DNA of 62,774 nt, the filler included, from Dimargaris cristalligena (Eukaryota), in assembly GCA_003614675.1 (NCBI GenBank). It is 28 parts of 28 records of this genome, joined end to end, with 100 filler letters (N's around TTAATTAATTAA, not from the genome) between each part and the next. Parts side by side here need not be neighbours in the genome. Positions count along the whole stretch, not along the records: positions 1 to 2,171 come from ML004330.1; positions 2,272 to 4,442 come from ML004331.1; positions 4,543 to 6,710 come from ML004332.1; positions 6,811 to 8,975 come from ML004333.1; positions 9,076 to 11,240 come from ML004334.1; positions 11,341 to 13,500 come from ML004335.1; 22 more parts are not named here. One strand, 5' to 3'. Made by a program: the position numbers and the translations under genes. This document shows positions 1 to 11,848 of this stretch, piece after piece. Under the pieces are notes generated by a model. The model saw only the letters and a list, made by a program, of their open reading frames with translations, was not told where the DNA came from and did not search any database. Numbering within the stretch: position 1 is the first letter of the stretch; the number at the start of each line of letters is the position of its first letter.

Positions 1-1814
1 AAGTGGGAGTTTGAGTGGGGGAAGGGAGGAGTAAAAATATTGGATTGGAATGAAGAAGTGAGGTAAATGAATGGGATGCTTGGATATTATTGAGAGTACT
101 GGTGGGCAATTACCATCATTTTATACTGAAATTCTCAGAAGATAGTAACAGGAAATACAAGAACTGGTTGGCCCCAAAAATGGTTGTCCCATCTTTAGTC
201 ACCAGCAATAAATTTACTATGCTTATAATATTGGTATTCCTGGCTGGAATATTGCTTAGGTGCACTATTATCCATTTCACTCAGTACTTTCTAAAGTTAA
301 GTTAGGGGAGTTGACCAAAGTGCTACTCTGCTGGAAGAGATGGGATTTAATGAGACTTCTCTTTCAAAGGTTTCTCATAGAGGCTTTGTATTGCATCCTG
401 TGACTCAGGGTCAGTCCCATCTAATCAATGGGGGAGACTAGTAGTATGTATTGGAATTTCCTGGACTTGGGCCACCTAGGTTGTTGTTACACCCCTTGGA
501 GATTAACAGACTTATTAGTCTTCTTCTTAAAAGCCATAATTCCCTTTGATGGGACTATCCAAGCTAATAGCCATCCTCTTATGTGTTTAAGATATCCTAC
601 TTGACTTCTCGTAAACCATCTTTTCCATGGAGAGGATTAACCAATTGAGGGAACAATACAATGAAGTAAAATAAATTGAGATGGTTAGGATATTCTATAG
701 TGCAATTTATGGCAACCACTTGACTTGAAAAAAGGCCATCATGGATTATTTTTATCCTGCCAGAGGGATGATTAGCCAAAGTCTGATGGATGCTTTAATC
801 AAAATCAAAGGGAAAAGCAAGTGAAGAAGTATATACATCCTCTCCAACAAATCTACAGTCACTTATTGGATTCTGCACCTTTGTTCACAAATAACAAATA
901 TATAAAGATCAGTATGATGGACAGAAGGGTATTGTTTTACTTCACTGCTACAGCCTTATGGCCAAGGGAGAAGGGGGAGAATGTGTTTATTTACATCTTC
1001 TTGCAAAGGTCTGGATGGTGGTGACCCGGATTGACTAGCCATAGTGCCCCCATAGTTCTCTAACCTGGGGCGTAGGTTTTTACTACTCATTAAACATGGA
1101 GGCTGGCTATCCTCAGCTCAGTGGCTCACTTGTATAGGTGGGGGTGCACCATAAATTATTGCAGGACTAACTTTGTAGCCTTGCTTCATGGTAGCTTAGC
1201 AGTTTTGGTCTGTTACAGGATGGCTTATATTATTAGTTGGAGGGAGGATATGACTTTCCACCAGTTAAGTGCTGTATACATGTTTGCCCCTAAATAACTA
1301 GCTATACAGGTTAATATGTATATATATATATATATATATTTAAAGGGATTCTAGTAGGGCTCATTTTCTAAGCTACGCAAACCAAACAGGGGAATTATGG
1401 GGTTAAGCAACAGGGTGGTCTGGTAGGCAGTTCAATAGTAGGGATTCCAGGACCCATTCCAATTTGTCATTTCTTATAAAGCTGTCAATCTAAACTGTGT
1501 CATTATTGAGGGTGGGAAAGAACTGAATTTACAATATAGCCCAACTTCTCACTGTAATGCTATGTTGTATTGACTGTGCTGAAGCTATGCCTTTATTGCA
1601 GGGGTGTATAATTAGCTGAAGAGTGAAAAAGTAGGTAGTTGAGGAATTAGCTGATTGTCCCCTGCCAACCTCAATAAATTAACATATAGTAGAGCATAGT
1701 CTGGATAGTGTTTTGTTGTTGAGTGACTAGAGAAATACACAATAAACTGGCCACTAAGGAGTGGTAGCTCATTAACCTTCTGGCCACTCTAATATAAAAT
1801 ACTGGTATCTGCCC

Positions 1815-2163
1815 TATCAACCCTCCTAATCTGACAATCTAAACCTAATAATTTACCATCCTTATTAGGCCTTATAGTGCCATACTAACCCCCCCCCCCT
1901 ATAGTCACCCCTGGTACTATGGGGTCATCAGTTATTATATAACTCTACTCATTCCAACTCCAATACTTTGCACCCCAAAACACTCAACTTACCAATCCAA
2001 GTCTCTTCCAGTTCCCATGAGAGTCTTCCCAATGTGAAGCCATCCAGTCAGATTCTTTACCTATCCATACCTTAACCTTAGTAGTATTTCCCTTGGGACC
2101 TCCCTCTGGAGCTGTCCCCACATATATATAACCAGGCCCCACTGGGACTGGTTCAATTCCTTA
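1815..2163 (+). mobile_element. LTR family A, partial copy (5' portion)
   Basis: Starts TATCAACCCTCCTAATCTG and shares the core GGACCTCCCTCTGGAGCTGTCCCCACATATATATAACCAGGCCCCACTGGGACTGG with copies at 7080, 12810, 13702 and 17542. Confidence 0.85.
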
Positions 2164-2171
2164 CCTGACGT

Positions 2172-2271
2172 NNNNNNNNNNNNNNNNNNNNNNNNNNNNN
2201 NNNNNNNNNNNNNNNTTAATTAATTAANNNNNNNNNNNNNNNNNNNNNNNNNNNNNNNNNNNNNNNNNNNN
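2172..2271. other. Artificial contig linker N44-TTAATTAATTAA-N44 (first of 27; last at 60559..60658)
   Basis: Identical 100-nt spacer every ~2.2-2.3 kb; the 12-mer gives stops in all six frames; fragment lengths fall from 2171 to 2116 nt. Confidence 0.99.
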
Positions 2272-2804
2272 AGTCCAGTCTGGGTAGCGCCAGGAAGCAC
2301 ATTCATCAGGCTGACAAGGTGAAGCGAAGTTAAGAGAGTTTCCATAATCCGACTGGATTCTTCGGGAGATAAGGGCGCTACATAGTCGTTGGAATCGGTA
2401 TTGTATAATGGGGTTCCAATTGGGTTGGTTGAAGAATACTGGGGGCCGGCCGTGGTCGGAATTTGGTTGTAATGGCCACTGTAATATTGGCTGTAGGGCA
2501 TTCCGCTAACCCAACTGCCCGGGCTGTTCGAACCGGATGAGGTAGAGGTCGGTCCGGCCTGGCTAGCGATGGGATAGGAGTCTCCCAAGGACTGAGCGGG
2601 GGAAGTAGCGGAGCTTGGATACTGCGGTACGAAACCCGAGGTTGGCGCCATTGACTGGCCGAAAGTATAGCCAGTATAGTCAACCTGGGCATTATTAGGG
2701 GAAAAGTAGTCGGGGTAGTTGGTATTAGGTAGAGTCGGGCCAGTCGCGGGGGCTCCGCACACCGACCCTAACAAAAATAATCCAACCAGGCCAGCACTAA
2801 GCAT
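2272..2804 (-). CDS. Secreted Ser/Thr/Pro/Tyr-rich protein, 3'-truncated by contig end
   Basis: ATG at 2804; signal-peptide-like MLSAGLVGLFLLGSVCG-AP; open to the contig edge; TATA-like TATATAAA ~190 nt upstream. Confidence 0.75.
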
Positions 2805-4542
2805 GTCGAGGTAAAAGTCGCTGGGATGTAGGGGGGAAGGGACGGGGTTGGGGGCAAAAATAAAGGCAGTATTAAGCTAATATAAGGAAAAGTTGGTGGG
2901 GGTACGCCACTAAAGTTGAAGAGTCGGGTAAAGAGGGTAGTTTGCAAAAGAAATACAAATGTGGGCGGCTTCAAGGGATTACTTCCATGGTTTATATATG
3001 CAGAAACCGACTTCCTCTCCTAAAGGAAAAATACGAAGCGATATAACCATGTTCATAAATTAACTGGGACAGGTTATAGGGCTTTATGGATATATACTAA
3101 ATGAGACTAGAGTACAGTTAACCGTACCCCCGAATAGAATTTCGTAGGCTCCGTTAACCAGAATTCTGGAACCTCTATGGTTGGTGTAGCAAAACGATTG
3201 TCATGTGATGTACGTTGAATCAAAGCGGGAGGGGGTGGTTGTAGGACATACTGTTCGAACTATCGGATAGAGGGATTAATCTGTCAATGAGAGGGGGAAG
3301 GGTCGCAGTCCCCTAGCACAGCCTGGAGTGCGTCGGTCGCTTTAATATTATTTCGTCGTGGTCAAGTGGCTACTTCCCCCGGTTATTTCCATTCACCATC
3401 GCCCATTATATTGAAGCTATTGCGGTTTTCATCCAGCTAGTTTGATAGTTTTATTTCGTGAGGTCCATTGCTTTGGCAAGAAAATTTGGGATTTACCGCC
3501 ATGTACCAATAATACTAAATAGAGGGCTATGTGAGCATTGTGCAATTCATCCAAAACTAATGGCTTTTACACTTAAGTAACGCTCAAGAGACGTCCCGTT
3601 TTGTCTAATGCGAGAGTGGGTGTGTCCTTACTAAGGGGGTGTACCAGTCTCCGACGTCTACTAGCAACACTAGCGCTTCGTGCATTTGTGCATGTGTGTG
3701 TGGAAGAGGAGGGGGAGGGCGGGTGCTTCTCATTCACGTATTTTTCGTCAAAGTGGCTATTCCAGCTATATTTAGCAGCCACAAAAATCAACATGGGCTA
3801 GGGCTACCTTCCCCACTATTCCCCTCTCTTGAGGCTATAGTTCATTTTCGGATACGTGGACATAGGGCAGCAGGGAGTAAATGAAAATTCTTGCTTTACG
3901 TTCTTAAACGACTTGAACCAATATTCAATATCCGGAACTTATCGACCGGGGAAGTTCCAAAACAGGATTTAAACGATTATATTGTATCTCTCCAACCCTC
4001 TTGGAATCACTGTTGCCGTTTCGCCTACATTTGGCTACGATAAAATACGCCAGCCAAAAAAGTGCATTCCTGGAAAAAACGCCCTTGTAGGGCTCTGCCC
4101 CGGTAAAAATATACGGTGGATAATCATGTGGCCAGTGGAGTGTTGGATGAGGAGCCCTAGTAACAAGATATGACCAAAATTTGGGCGGTTTTCCCCAGAT
4201 AAATATGGGCACAAATGCTTTGCACACTAAAGTAATACCCATAGAGTCGATCATATTCACAATAAGTCCCGTTTAAAGGCCACTGGTCAGATTGATGAGA
4301 ACGGTGCCGGTGAATGTCTGCAAGGCTGGTGCCAAGAAACATAGTAACTAATGTATTCAGGTAAGAAGTTCACCCCGTTTACCGCTTTGTTCGGAGTTGA
4401 TATTTCTTGTAACCGTAAAACTGTGCTTATATGAATGGTGTGNNNNNNNNNNNNNNNNNNNNNNNNNNNNNNNNNNNNNNNNNNNNTTAATTAATTAANN
4501 NNNNNNNNNNNNNNNNNNNNNNNNNNNNNNNNNNNNNNNNNN

Positions 4543-4979
4543 ATAATGGAGAAAGGGAGAGAAGGTCCCAGAACATTGGATGACTAAGCAGAGGGAAAGG
4601 GAAGGGAGTTCCCAGACAATAATATGGGTCATCACAAAGGATAGGTAATACTCAGGTAACCAATAAATTCAATGTGGAATAATAGAAGGGAAAAAAGGAA
4701 AGGGAGAATGCTATTATTAGCTATTCTTTGAACAGGGGTGCAGTTGGGCCAGGGGTAGTGTGAATACAGGGGTATTGTCCAGTCAGGGGCAGGGGTGCAT
4801 CACAGTTAAAGGTATAAAATATAATAATAGGAAAAATAATATAATAATAAAAATGGTGGGAAAATGACTATACTTGTCAGGGGCAGGGGCTCATTCACTT
4901 GCCAGAGGCGTACATCCAATATGTGTGAAAAATGGATTAAAAATTAAAGTAGGTAAAAAAATGTGGTAAGTTCACCACA
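4543..4979 (-). mobile_element. LTR family B, 5' part (begins TGTGGTGAACT), inserted in a gag-like ORF
   Basis: Last ~100 nt match 13601..13701; both copies end at ...GTTCACCACA with different flanks; interrupts the minus-strand ORF at 4980. Confidence 0.75.
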
Positions 4980-5833
4980 CCTGACCCAGTAGATTTAGGT
5001 AGACAAGCCTCTAACTCAGCAATTCTTTTGAGCAGTTGGTTATATTTACAAGTGGCTCTGGGGGGGTTAGCTTTAGGGGCTTGTTCAGTGGCCTGGGGTG
5101 CAGGGGCAACCATTTGGGGCAGATTGGTTGTGACTGGGGCTAAGGGGGTGCATTGATGGTTATGCCCCAGTGCATTTCTCAGCAGTTCTACTCTGGCCTG
5201 GCTGGCTAAGACTTCCTTTTCAATGTCTTCCAGGCATGTCCCTAGGGTAGTAATATTGACCATGTCTGTGTCCCAGATATAGTTGGGGGCTAAGGTGAGC
5301 TGGTCACTGAACTTGGCCAGTAGTGTAGTGATGACTTTGGTGCACCACATATTAATCTTGCCCAGTTGGACCACTGCTTCCTTAGCCCGTGCTTTGGCCC
5401 GATGGATATCTAGTCCCTTGAATAAGGTGCCATTGTGGAGGGCTGTTGTGAAGTGCCTTGCCTAAAGCTTCTTTGGGTAGCAGGATCTCATGTACTTTTC
5501 AAATGTCTTGCAGTCACTGATTGGTGAACTGAATAGGGCTTTCTTGATGTCCGGGTGAAGGAGGGTGGTCATTATTCAGAAACAGGTCAGCCTTGGGCAG
5601 TGGGGCAATAGATCACAGATGAGGTTTTCTACTGTGTTCACCCAGTGTTCCCAGGATGGGCCATCTAGTTTTCTGTAGAAGATGGGGGCCAGGTGTTGGA
5701 TCTCATCAATGATATTGGAGTTCATTAGATTGTATTGCACTGTGGGGGGCTCAATAGACATTGGACTCAGGGCTGCACTGGATGTCTCCAGGTTGAGAGA
5801 GTCAGTTTGGATGTTGAGGGGATTGGTATCCAT
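4980..5833 (-). pseudogene. Degenerate gag-like ORF of an LTR retrotransposon
   Basis: ORF-track pieces 5576..5962 and 4937..5374 share one frame from ATG 5833 (MDTNPLN...), broken by TGA (5576) and TAG (~5462). It lies just downstream of an LTR-like end. Gag identity is inferred from position and the PIFYRKLDGPSWEHWVNTVE-type segment. Confidence 0.55.
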
Positions 5834-5895
5834 AGTGCTTGGGGGTGGATGGATGGATAGATGGATGGTTTTAAAGAAGTTTCGATTTATAGTTC

Positions 5896-6710
5896 TGTAA
5901 CGGTTTGGGTTGAGTGGGACCAATGGGTTAACCGAGTTTCCAAAAGGAGTAAGGATTGACAAAATAACCAGGTACCGAGCTAGGCAAAGAAAAGATTCTA
6001 AAGAGTTATTTATTGATTATTAAATCGAAACTTAAGGAGTTGAGATTAGACCATGTCCTTTTGTTATATACTATTCGGTTGGTTGCCTCGCTGGCTTAGG
6101 CGGCTACTGCTCACTACTTGCCCGGTGGGGGCGGATATAGGGGGAAGAATGAGCTGGACGATTTCATTGGTTGCATGCTCTAATTGCTCTATAGTTGGGT
6201 GATCCGCCTCGCCCTGCGGTTGCACTGTCCCATATTGATACCTGCCCTCCTAGTGCCCCTCCCTCACACAGTAAAATAGGGCCATCTCTCTCCCTCCTGC
6301 CGTCTCTGCCAATATTATTACACTTCTCTTCTCTACCTTCGACTTCCATAATCTACCGGATTCCTGGCTCAAGTATCTAATCCATTCGACTCCCTCACTT
6401 CCATTCGCCCCCATCTTTAAGCTATATTCGGTCATTAAGCCCACATCAGGCCAACACCTCTAATCGACCCTGTCGGTCTTTTCTACTCTCAAAAACGACC
6501 CACTATTTTTCTGAAGCACTTTCCGGCTTGCTCGAGTCATCATCTCTTGGTTCACCGGACAATTCATCTCATCGGGATTCCCCCAGCCGCTTTTCGACTC
6601 TAACCCGATAGCCGAATAAGTACTTCAATCACAGTCCACACGAGAAGACACTGCGTTTACTATTTCCGCCCAATACCGACCTTCCTCTTTTCTCCCCAGA
6701 CCTCCCCAGT
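5896..6710 (-). mobile_element. Probable 5' LTR (5' boundary not seen) of the gag-like element
   Basis: On the minus strand: TATATAA (6070-6064), AATAAA (~6013-6008), terminus ...CCGTTACA at 5896, then a short leader and the ATG at 5833. Confidence 0.55.
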
Positions 6711-6810
6711 NNNNNNNNNNNNNNNNNNNNNNNNNNNNNNNNNNNNNNNNNNNNTTAATTAATTAANNNNNNNNNNNNNNNNNNNNNNNNNNNNNNNNNN
6801 NNNNNNNNNN

Positions 6811-6865
6811 ATCTATCTTTTCAAATAAAGTTCAGTTTTCAAGGATTTGATTTCAGTTCTTTACA
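6811..6865 (+). mobile_element. LTR family B, 3' end (...AATAAAGTTCAG...GTTCTTTACA)
   Basis: Near-identical to six other contig-end copies; ends in CA. Confidence 0.85.
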
Positions 6866-7079
6866 GAGACCACATCCTAGTCTAAGTCCCCCATGGACCC
6901 CTATCCCTACAGGCCCCCTTTGAGGACCCCATCTCCATTGAAGGCATCCATGGTGGCAACATGTATACCATTACCCCTGTGGTCCATAATAAATGCCTCC
7001 AACAAGAGTGAATGTCTAGTGACCAGATTATTCTATTTGTCAAAGGCCACAAGGATGAGGCTACAGTAGGAGAGGGTGA
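6866..7079 (+). pseudogene. Decayed Ty3/Gypsy integrase C-terminal (GPY/F-like) tail plus polypurine tract
   Basis: Translates DHILV*VPHGPLSLQAPFEDPISIEGIHGGNMYTI..., resembling the GD-VLV...L-P-F-GP-I...N-Y-I module; AGTAGGAGAGGGTGA directly precedes LTR A. Confidence 0.55.
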
Positions 7080-7664
7080 TATTGGCCCTCCTAATCTAAC
7101 TTAGTCCAGGTTTAGCAATTGTCCATCCTGACTAGGCCATATAGTGCCATATGTAACCTTCCATGGTCACCCCCAGTACTATAGGGTTATTATTTATTAT
7201 ATAACCCTTCTCCTTCTGGCCCCAACACTTTACACTAAAATACTTACCCCGCTGATCCAAGACTCTTCTGGTTCCCATGAGAGTCTTCTAGATATAAAGC
7301 CATCCAGTTGGACTATTTATCTACCTATACCTTAGTTTTAGTAGCATTTCCCTTAGGACCTCCCTATGGAGCTATCCCCATATATATATAACTGGGCCCC
7401 ACTGGGACTGGTTTAATGCCTTAGCTTATTATTTACCCCTTAGTTTACCTTAATAAAACTCTATATATGCTCACCCCCCTTGTACTAACTAGTAAGTGTG
7501 CTTGCTGCATGTCCCTTGCATTTACCTGTACTTATCCTTTATTAGTTAGTACTACAACCCACCCTAATGCTAGCAGTCTGCTTGGCCGAGTCTAAGCCCC
7601 ACCTACTGTTAGAAGCCTATCCTTGGGACTCTTGACTGACTAAGAGTGGATAACACAGGTGACA
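7080..7664 (+). mobile_element. LTR family A, full-length (~585 bp), probably the 3' LTR of a Gypsy element
   Basis: TATTGGCCC...GGTGACA termini, internal TATATATAA box, preceded by a PPT and integrase tail; five copies in the window. Confidence 0.85.
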
Positions 7665-8657
7665 CTCTTTATAGTTGCATTTGAAGGTACTTGCATTTAC
7701 TATTGAAATTATCATTCCAATACTCCTTACCCCATCCTCTATATAGCCCACAGAAGTTGCAACTGGGGTTAACTCAATAATAGCCACTTTGCCTTTTAAT
7801 ATTTCTAATGACACTACATTAAGCTAATTGGGCTGTATTTTAGTCAACTAAAGGAGGCACAGAAGGTGCAGCAAAGCCTATAGTAGATATAAATAAAATC
7901 TCATATAATGCAAATAACCAGTGTCTTTAACTATACTGTTTAAAGACAATATGGGTATGATGGCTGGCTGGCTTAAAAAATATATATTTGGATTAAAAGC
8001 TATCACGATTTCTAGCTATCCAAAGCATAATATTCATAATATTATTGGGTTGGGTCCGGCCAATATCGGAATCAAAACCATTGAAAAAGAATGGTGTTTT
8101 GACTTTGCCACCTCGCTGCACCCACAGCCTGGGCCCAATGTCGAGAGAGGGGGGAAATGTTTCGATGGCTTTGATGCAATGGGCTGCCATCTCGTGGTGA
8201 AAAGTGATTTTGGGGAAATTTGGTCTAATTATAAAAGATTCTAACTGATACAGGTATAGGATAAGTGACTAGTGATATGTTATTCACAAACAGTTATTGC
8301 ATTTTCCAACAATTTTTTTGTTATATAGCCTCGCTAAACTTTAGCCATATGAATTTATAAATTATTATACATGTGAAACTAAAGGCAGAGTGTATAGGTT
8401 AAAGTGGCTATATCCGCCATCAGCAAATTCAATAAGATAATGTTGTGCCTAAACGGGTTACCCAAAATATGGTAGATGGAGCCCACTAAAATGTTAAAGA
8501 CGCTACAACAAATAGGGGATAACTTTAGAAGTATGTGTTACCGTCCGTTCATTAAAGGGAAAGCAGGCTGATTTAAAGTATCGCCTACGATGGGAAAATT
8601 GCACAAATGGGCATACGAAACTCTGCCACTATGGAATTCTATCCCTAACACCCGAAC

Positions 8658-8975
8658 CTAGTGTTGAGCAGAGGCACTATTATTAACCTGGTGCTGATTA
8701 TGGATAGCGATGTCGTTTAAGAGGCCCTCAATGGCGGAAATATCCATGTCGGCCTGGGCCTTATCAGGCGTGCTCATGGTAGCCTGACCTTCCTGACGCT
8801 TGAGTTTCAATAAATCCCGATTCTGCTCGATTTGCCTAATGACCGAGTCACTAATGATTATCTTGTTGGGGTTACCGATGGTCACTTCCCTATACTTATT
8901 CAGCAGGTCGTTGACCTCAGGGCTAGTGGAGTAAGGGCCTTCGGCGGATTCAACGGGGGGACTTGTGGCCGACAG
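8658..8975 (-). CDS. 3' end (105 aa) of an unknown protein, 5'-truncated
   Basis: Frame open from the contig edge (LSATSPPVESAEGPYSTSPEVNDLLNKYREV...SAQH*) with normal CpG content. Confidence 0.55.
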   Translation of the reverse strand: MSATSPPVESAEGPYSTSPEVNDLLNKYREVTIGNPNKIIISDSVIRQIEQNRDLLKLKRQEGQATMSTPDKAQADMDISAIEGLLNDIAIHNQHQVNNSASAQH

Positions 8976-11183
8976 NNNNNNNNNNNNNNNNNNNNNNNNN
9001 NNNNNNNNNNNNNNNNNNNTTAATTAATTAANNNNNNNNNNNNNNNNNNNNNNNNNNNNNNNNNNNNNNNNNNNNTTCTACATAATCTTCCAGGCTTCTG
9101 GGTAGCTTTATTTTCCACCCCCCCCCCACCCCACACCCACTGTCACATTATAAAAAAAACATAATTCTACACTTATATTATCTCCTTGTACTTGAGGCTG
9201 GTCCTGGACCCAGGCATGACCGATAGGGGTAGGTCGTGTGGGGTGGTATAATGTAGATGATGGGGCACATACCACTAAACTAAATTAACCTATCATCGCC
9301 AATCTCATTATGTATTTCCTATGTTTTTCCTTTAGCATACTTTAGCTATACTTGGGCTGACGGGGGTAGGATGTGGGGATCCCCTGACAATTTACATGGA
9401 TTTATATATTTACCCGATGTTTGTTTGTATATTGTCATTTTCCTTTTGGCTAATCTTCGTTGGTAGCTTGGTTAATTTGTTTGTTTTAAGTTGTTTGGCG
9501 TATACGGTGGGGGAGGAGTGTGTTAGTAGGGCATATAGTATTAAACCATAATAAATATATAGTAAAAATGCATTATGCGCACTATTTGGGCTAGATTGGT
9601 TAATACTACATAGGGGAAATTTAAATAGGGGATAGGCTTAATTGCTGGATATTGTGAAGAACACGTGTGAGAAGGCTAGACTAGGCACGCTTTATTGGCG
9701 GCTCTTTGGAAAGGCCAGTGGCGAACCAACAAATGAGAGGTAATTGCTATGGAAATTTTCTGTTGAAGGTGCACTCTTAGCGTGTCGTCATATTTTAGGG
9801 TATTTGTACAGACATAAAGCCAGCTCGTTACAATATAGCCTACCTGTCCCTGTACTAGCCCTAGGGTATATGTTACTATGATTTATCTATTTTAATATAT
9901 ATATATATATATATATATTGTATAATAGGCGATGGTAAGAAATCGTTTAGGAGAAGTACAAACAGATAAAATACATTAGCAAATAGGGGGGCACTTCTCT
10001 CGAATTTGATTTATTGGGTTGGTGATCATATCCCCTCATTATCGGCCGGGATGATCCCAAAATATCCAATAGTTTAACTGGCCCACTGAGGGAGGAGGGG
10101 ATAGGCAGTCTGCCAGCTCACTGTGTGATGCCATGCGAGGGATGTGTCTATTTTAGTATTATTTCTTTATGGTCTGACTGTGAAGCAAGGTGAACGACCT
10201 TTTAGTATATATAAGGGTGTATCATTATCATTCCTTGGTAGTGTACACTAGTTGAGGGCATCCATCCCTGGTGAATTGAGCCAAAAGCAGATTCGTATAA
10301 ATTCATGCCCTGTAACATACGATGTGATGTGATAACGGGTGGTTTATGCCTGTGACCTGTAGTAGTAGTGAATTGCTTGGCATAGGTAGGTAGTGTATAG
10401 TGATATCCTCTTGCCTATCGGCTATTTTTGTGGTTGAAGAACAACGGTCCATTGTTGGGATGTACATTGAAAAATGAGTCACAGTATCCCGTTTTCTAAT
10501 ACTTTGTTTCTATAAAAATACCTAGTCCAATAAAGAAGAGCGGCTGAAGCCCCAACTTCAGCACTATCGGGGGATTCGTCCGTATTTGGGAGGGAAGTGG
10601 GGTGTTCCTTCATTGATGGGAAGGTAGGTAGTTGGATAGGTGATCGCGAATGGATTTTGGGTGTGATGGTGAGTTCGGAAGGGTCGTCGGTAAGAGTGGC
10701 CCGATCTTCCTGTATTCACTTTAGTATCGCGATGCCGACAGTCGACGACGCGCCGGGGCAATCGCAATGCCATTATGGGTTGCGGAAGAATGGTATAGTA
10801 CTAGGAGGAGGAGAGGCTTGCACCATCGAAATACGGGATCATCCGAGACCGATTTATGGAATCCCGTTGAAATGGAAGGGAGCGTTTTGGAACGCTTTTC
10901 CCTCACCCCAACAATCACGTAGGTCGACGGGGTTCTATTGTATATATATATGTATTTATTTATTTAACAGTTGGTAGGAGATACCCCTTCCCTACATACA
11001 GACGACATTGGTTTGGAAGTAGATGTGTTGAAGAATAGGGCCTGGTAAATCAATGGTCAATGGGGCCAGGGGAATAAATGAATGATACTAACGTGGCAGC
11101 ATACCCCGGCCGGTTAGCAAGCGAAGAATGGGCCAAGCCGCAAATAATAGGGCGCGGGCTGCAGCAAGGTGGGCGTGTGCATA

Positions 11184-11185
<2 letters not shown>

Positions 11186-11240
<55 letters not shown>
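11186..11240 (+). repeat. (GA)n microsatellite at contig end
   Basis: About 27 perfect AG units running into the linker. Confidence 0.95.
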
Positions 11241-11340
11241 NNNNNNNNNNNNNNNNNNNNNNNNNNNNNNNNNNNNNNNNNNNNTTAATTAATTAANNNN
11301 NNNNNNNNNNNNNNNNNNNNNNNNNNNNNNNNNNNNNNNN

Positions 11341-11848
11341 AGTCCGCCTTCACGGGGTTGAAAGCCGCCTCCCATTCGTCCATGAACTTGCCCCCACTCA
11401 CATCCTTAGGGAACCCGCCGATGCGTTTGCCCTCGCCAGTAGTTTTAATCGTCTCGATGATGGTAGCGAAAATCTGGGCGTTTTCGGTCGCATCCTTGCC
11501 GCGCCGGAAAACCTGTAAGGGGACTCTCGATGTGACGTCCGCGGAAGGCTGGTTCAGAGCCTCTAGCATCTTACCCTTGTTACTACTGGCCACGAAGTAA
11601 AACTTGGTTGGGGTAATCAGGGTCAGCGTGTTGGGCAATTCGTAGCCGGTGAGCCAACTCTGGAGAGCGGTGGATTTGCGGTAGGGATTGGCGTCCTCGC
11701 CGGCGACGCCCACGGGAACTAGGATCACGTCGGCCTGGTGGTACAGCTCGTCTGGGTCGCCAGCGGCTTTGGTATCCTTCCAATGCCGGAGGATGGCGTT
11801 GGCCCGCTTGTGGAAAGCCTTTGCATCGAATTGCACGGAATCGGCCAT
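11341..11848 (-). CDS. SPT16: FACT complex subunit Spt16, N-terminal lobe (3'-truncated)
   Basis: Motifs FHKR...PYRKSTALQSWLTGYELPNTL...FVASSNKGKMLE...KRIGGFPKD...GKFMDEW match the Spt16 N-lobe. Confidence 0.93.

Noticed and set aside
2216-2227. Regularly spaced TTAATTAATTAA with ~2.2-kb spacers, as a biological repeat array
   Set aside because: Always flanked by exactly 44 N on each side; it is an assembly linker.
10543-10562. GCTGAAG/CTTCAGC hairpin as a Helitron end or terminator
   Set aside because: Single 7-bp stem with no properly spaced CTRR end or second copy.
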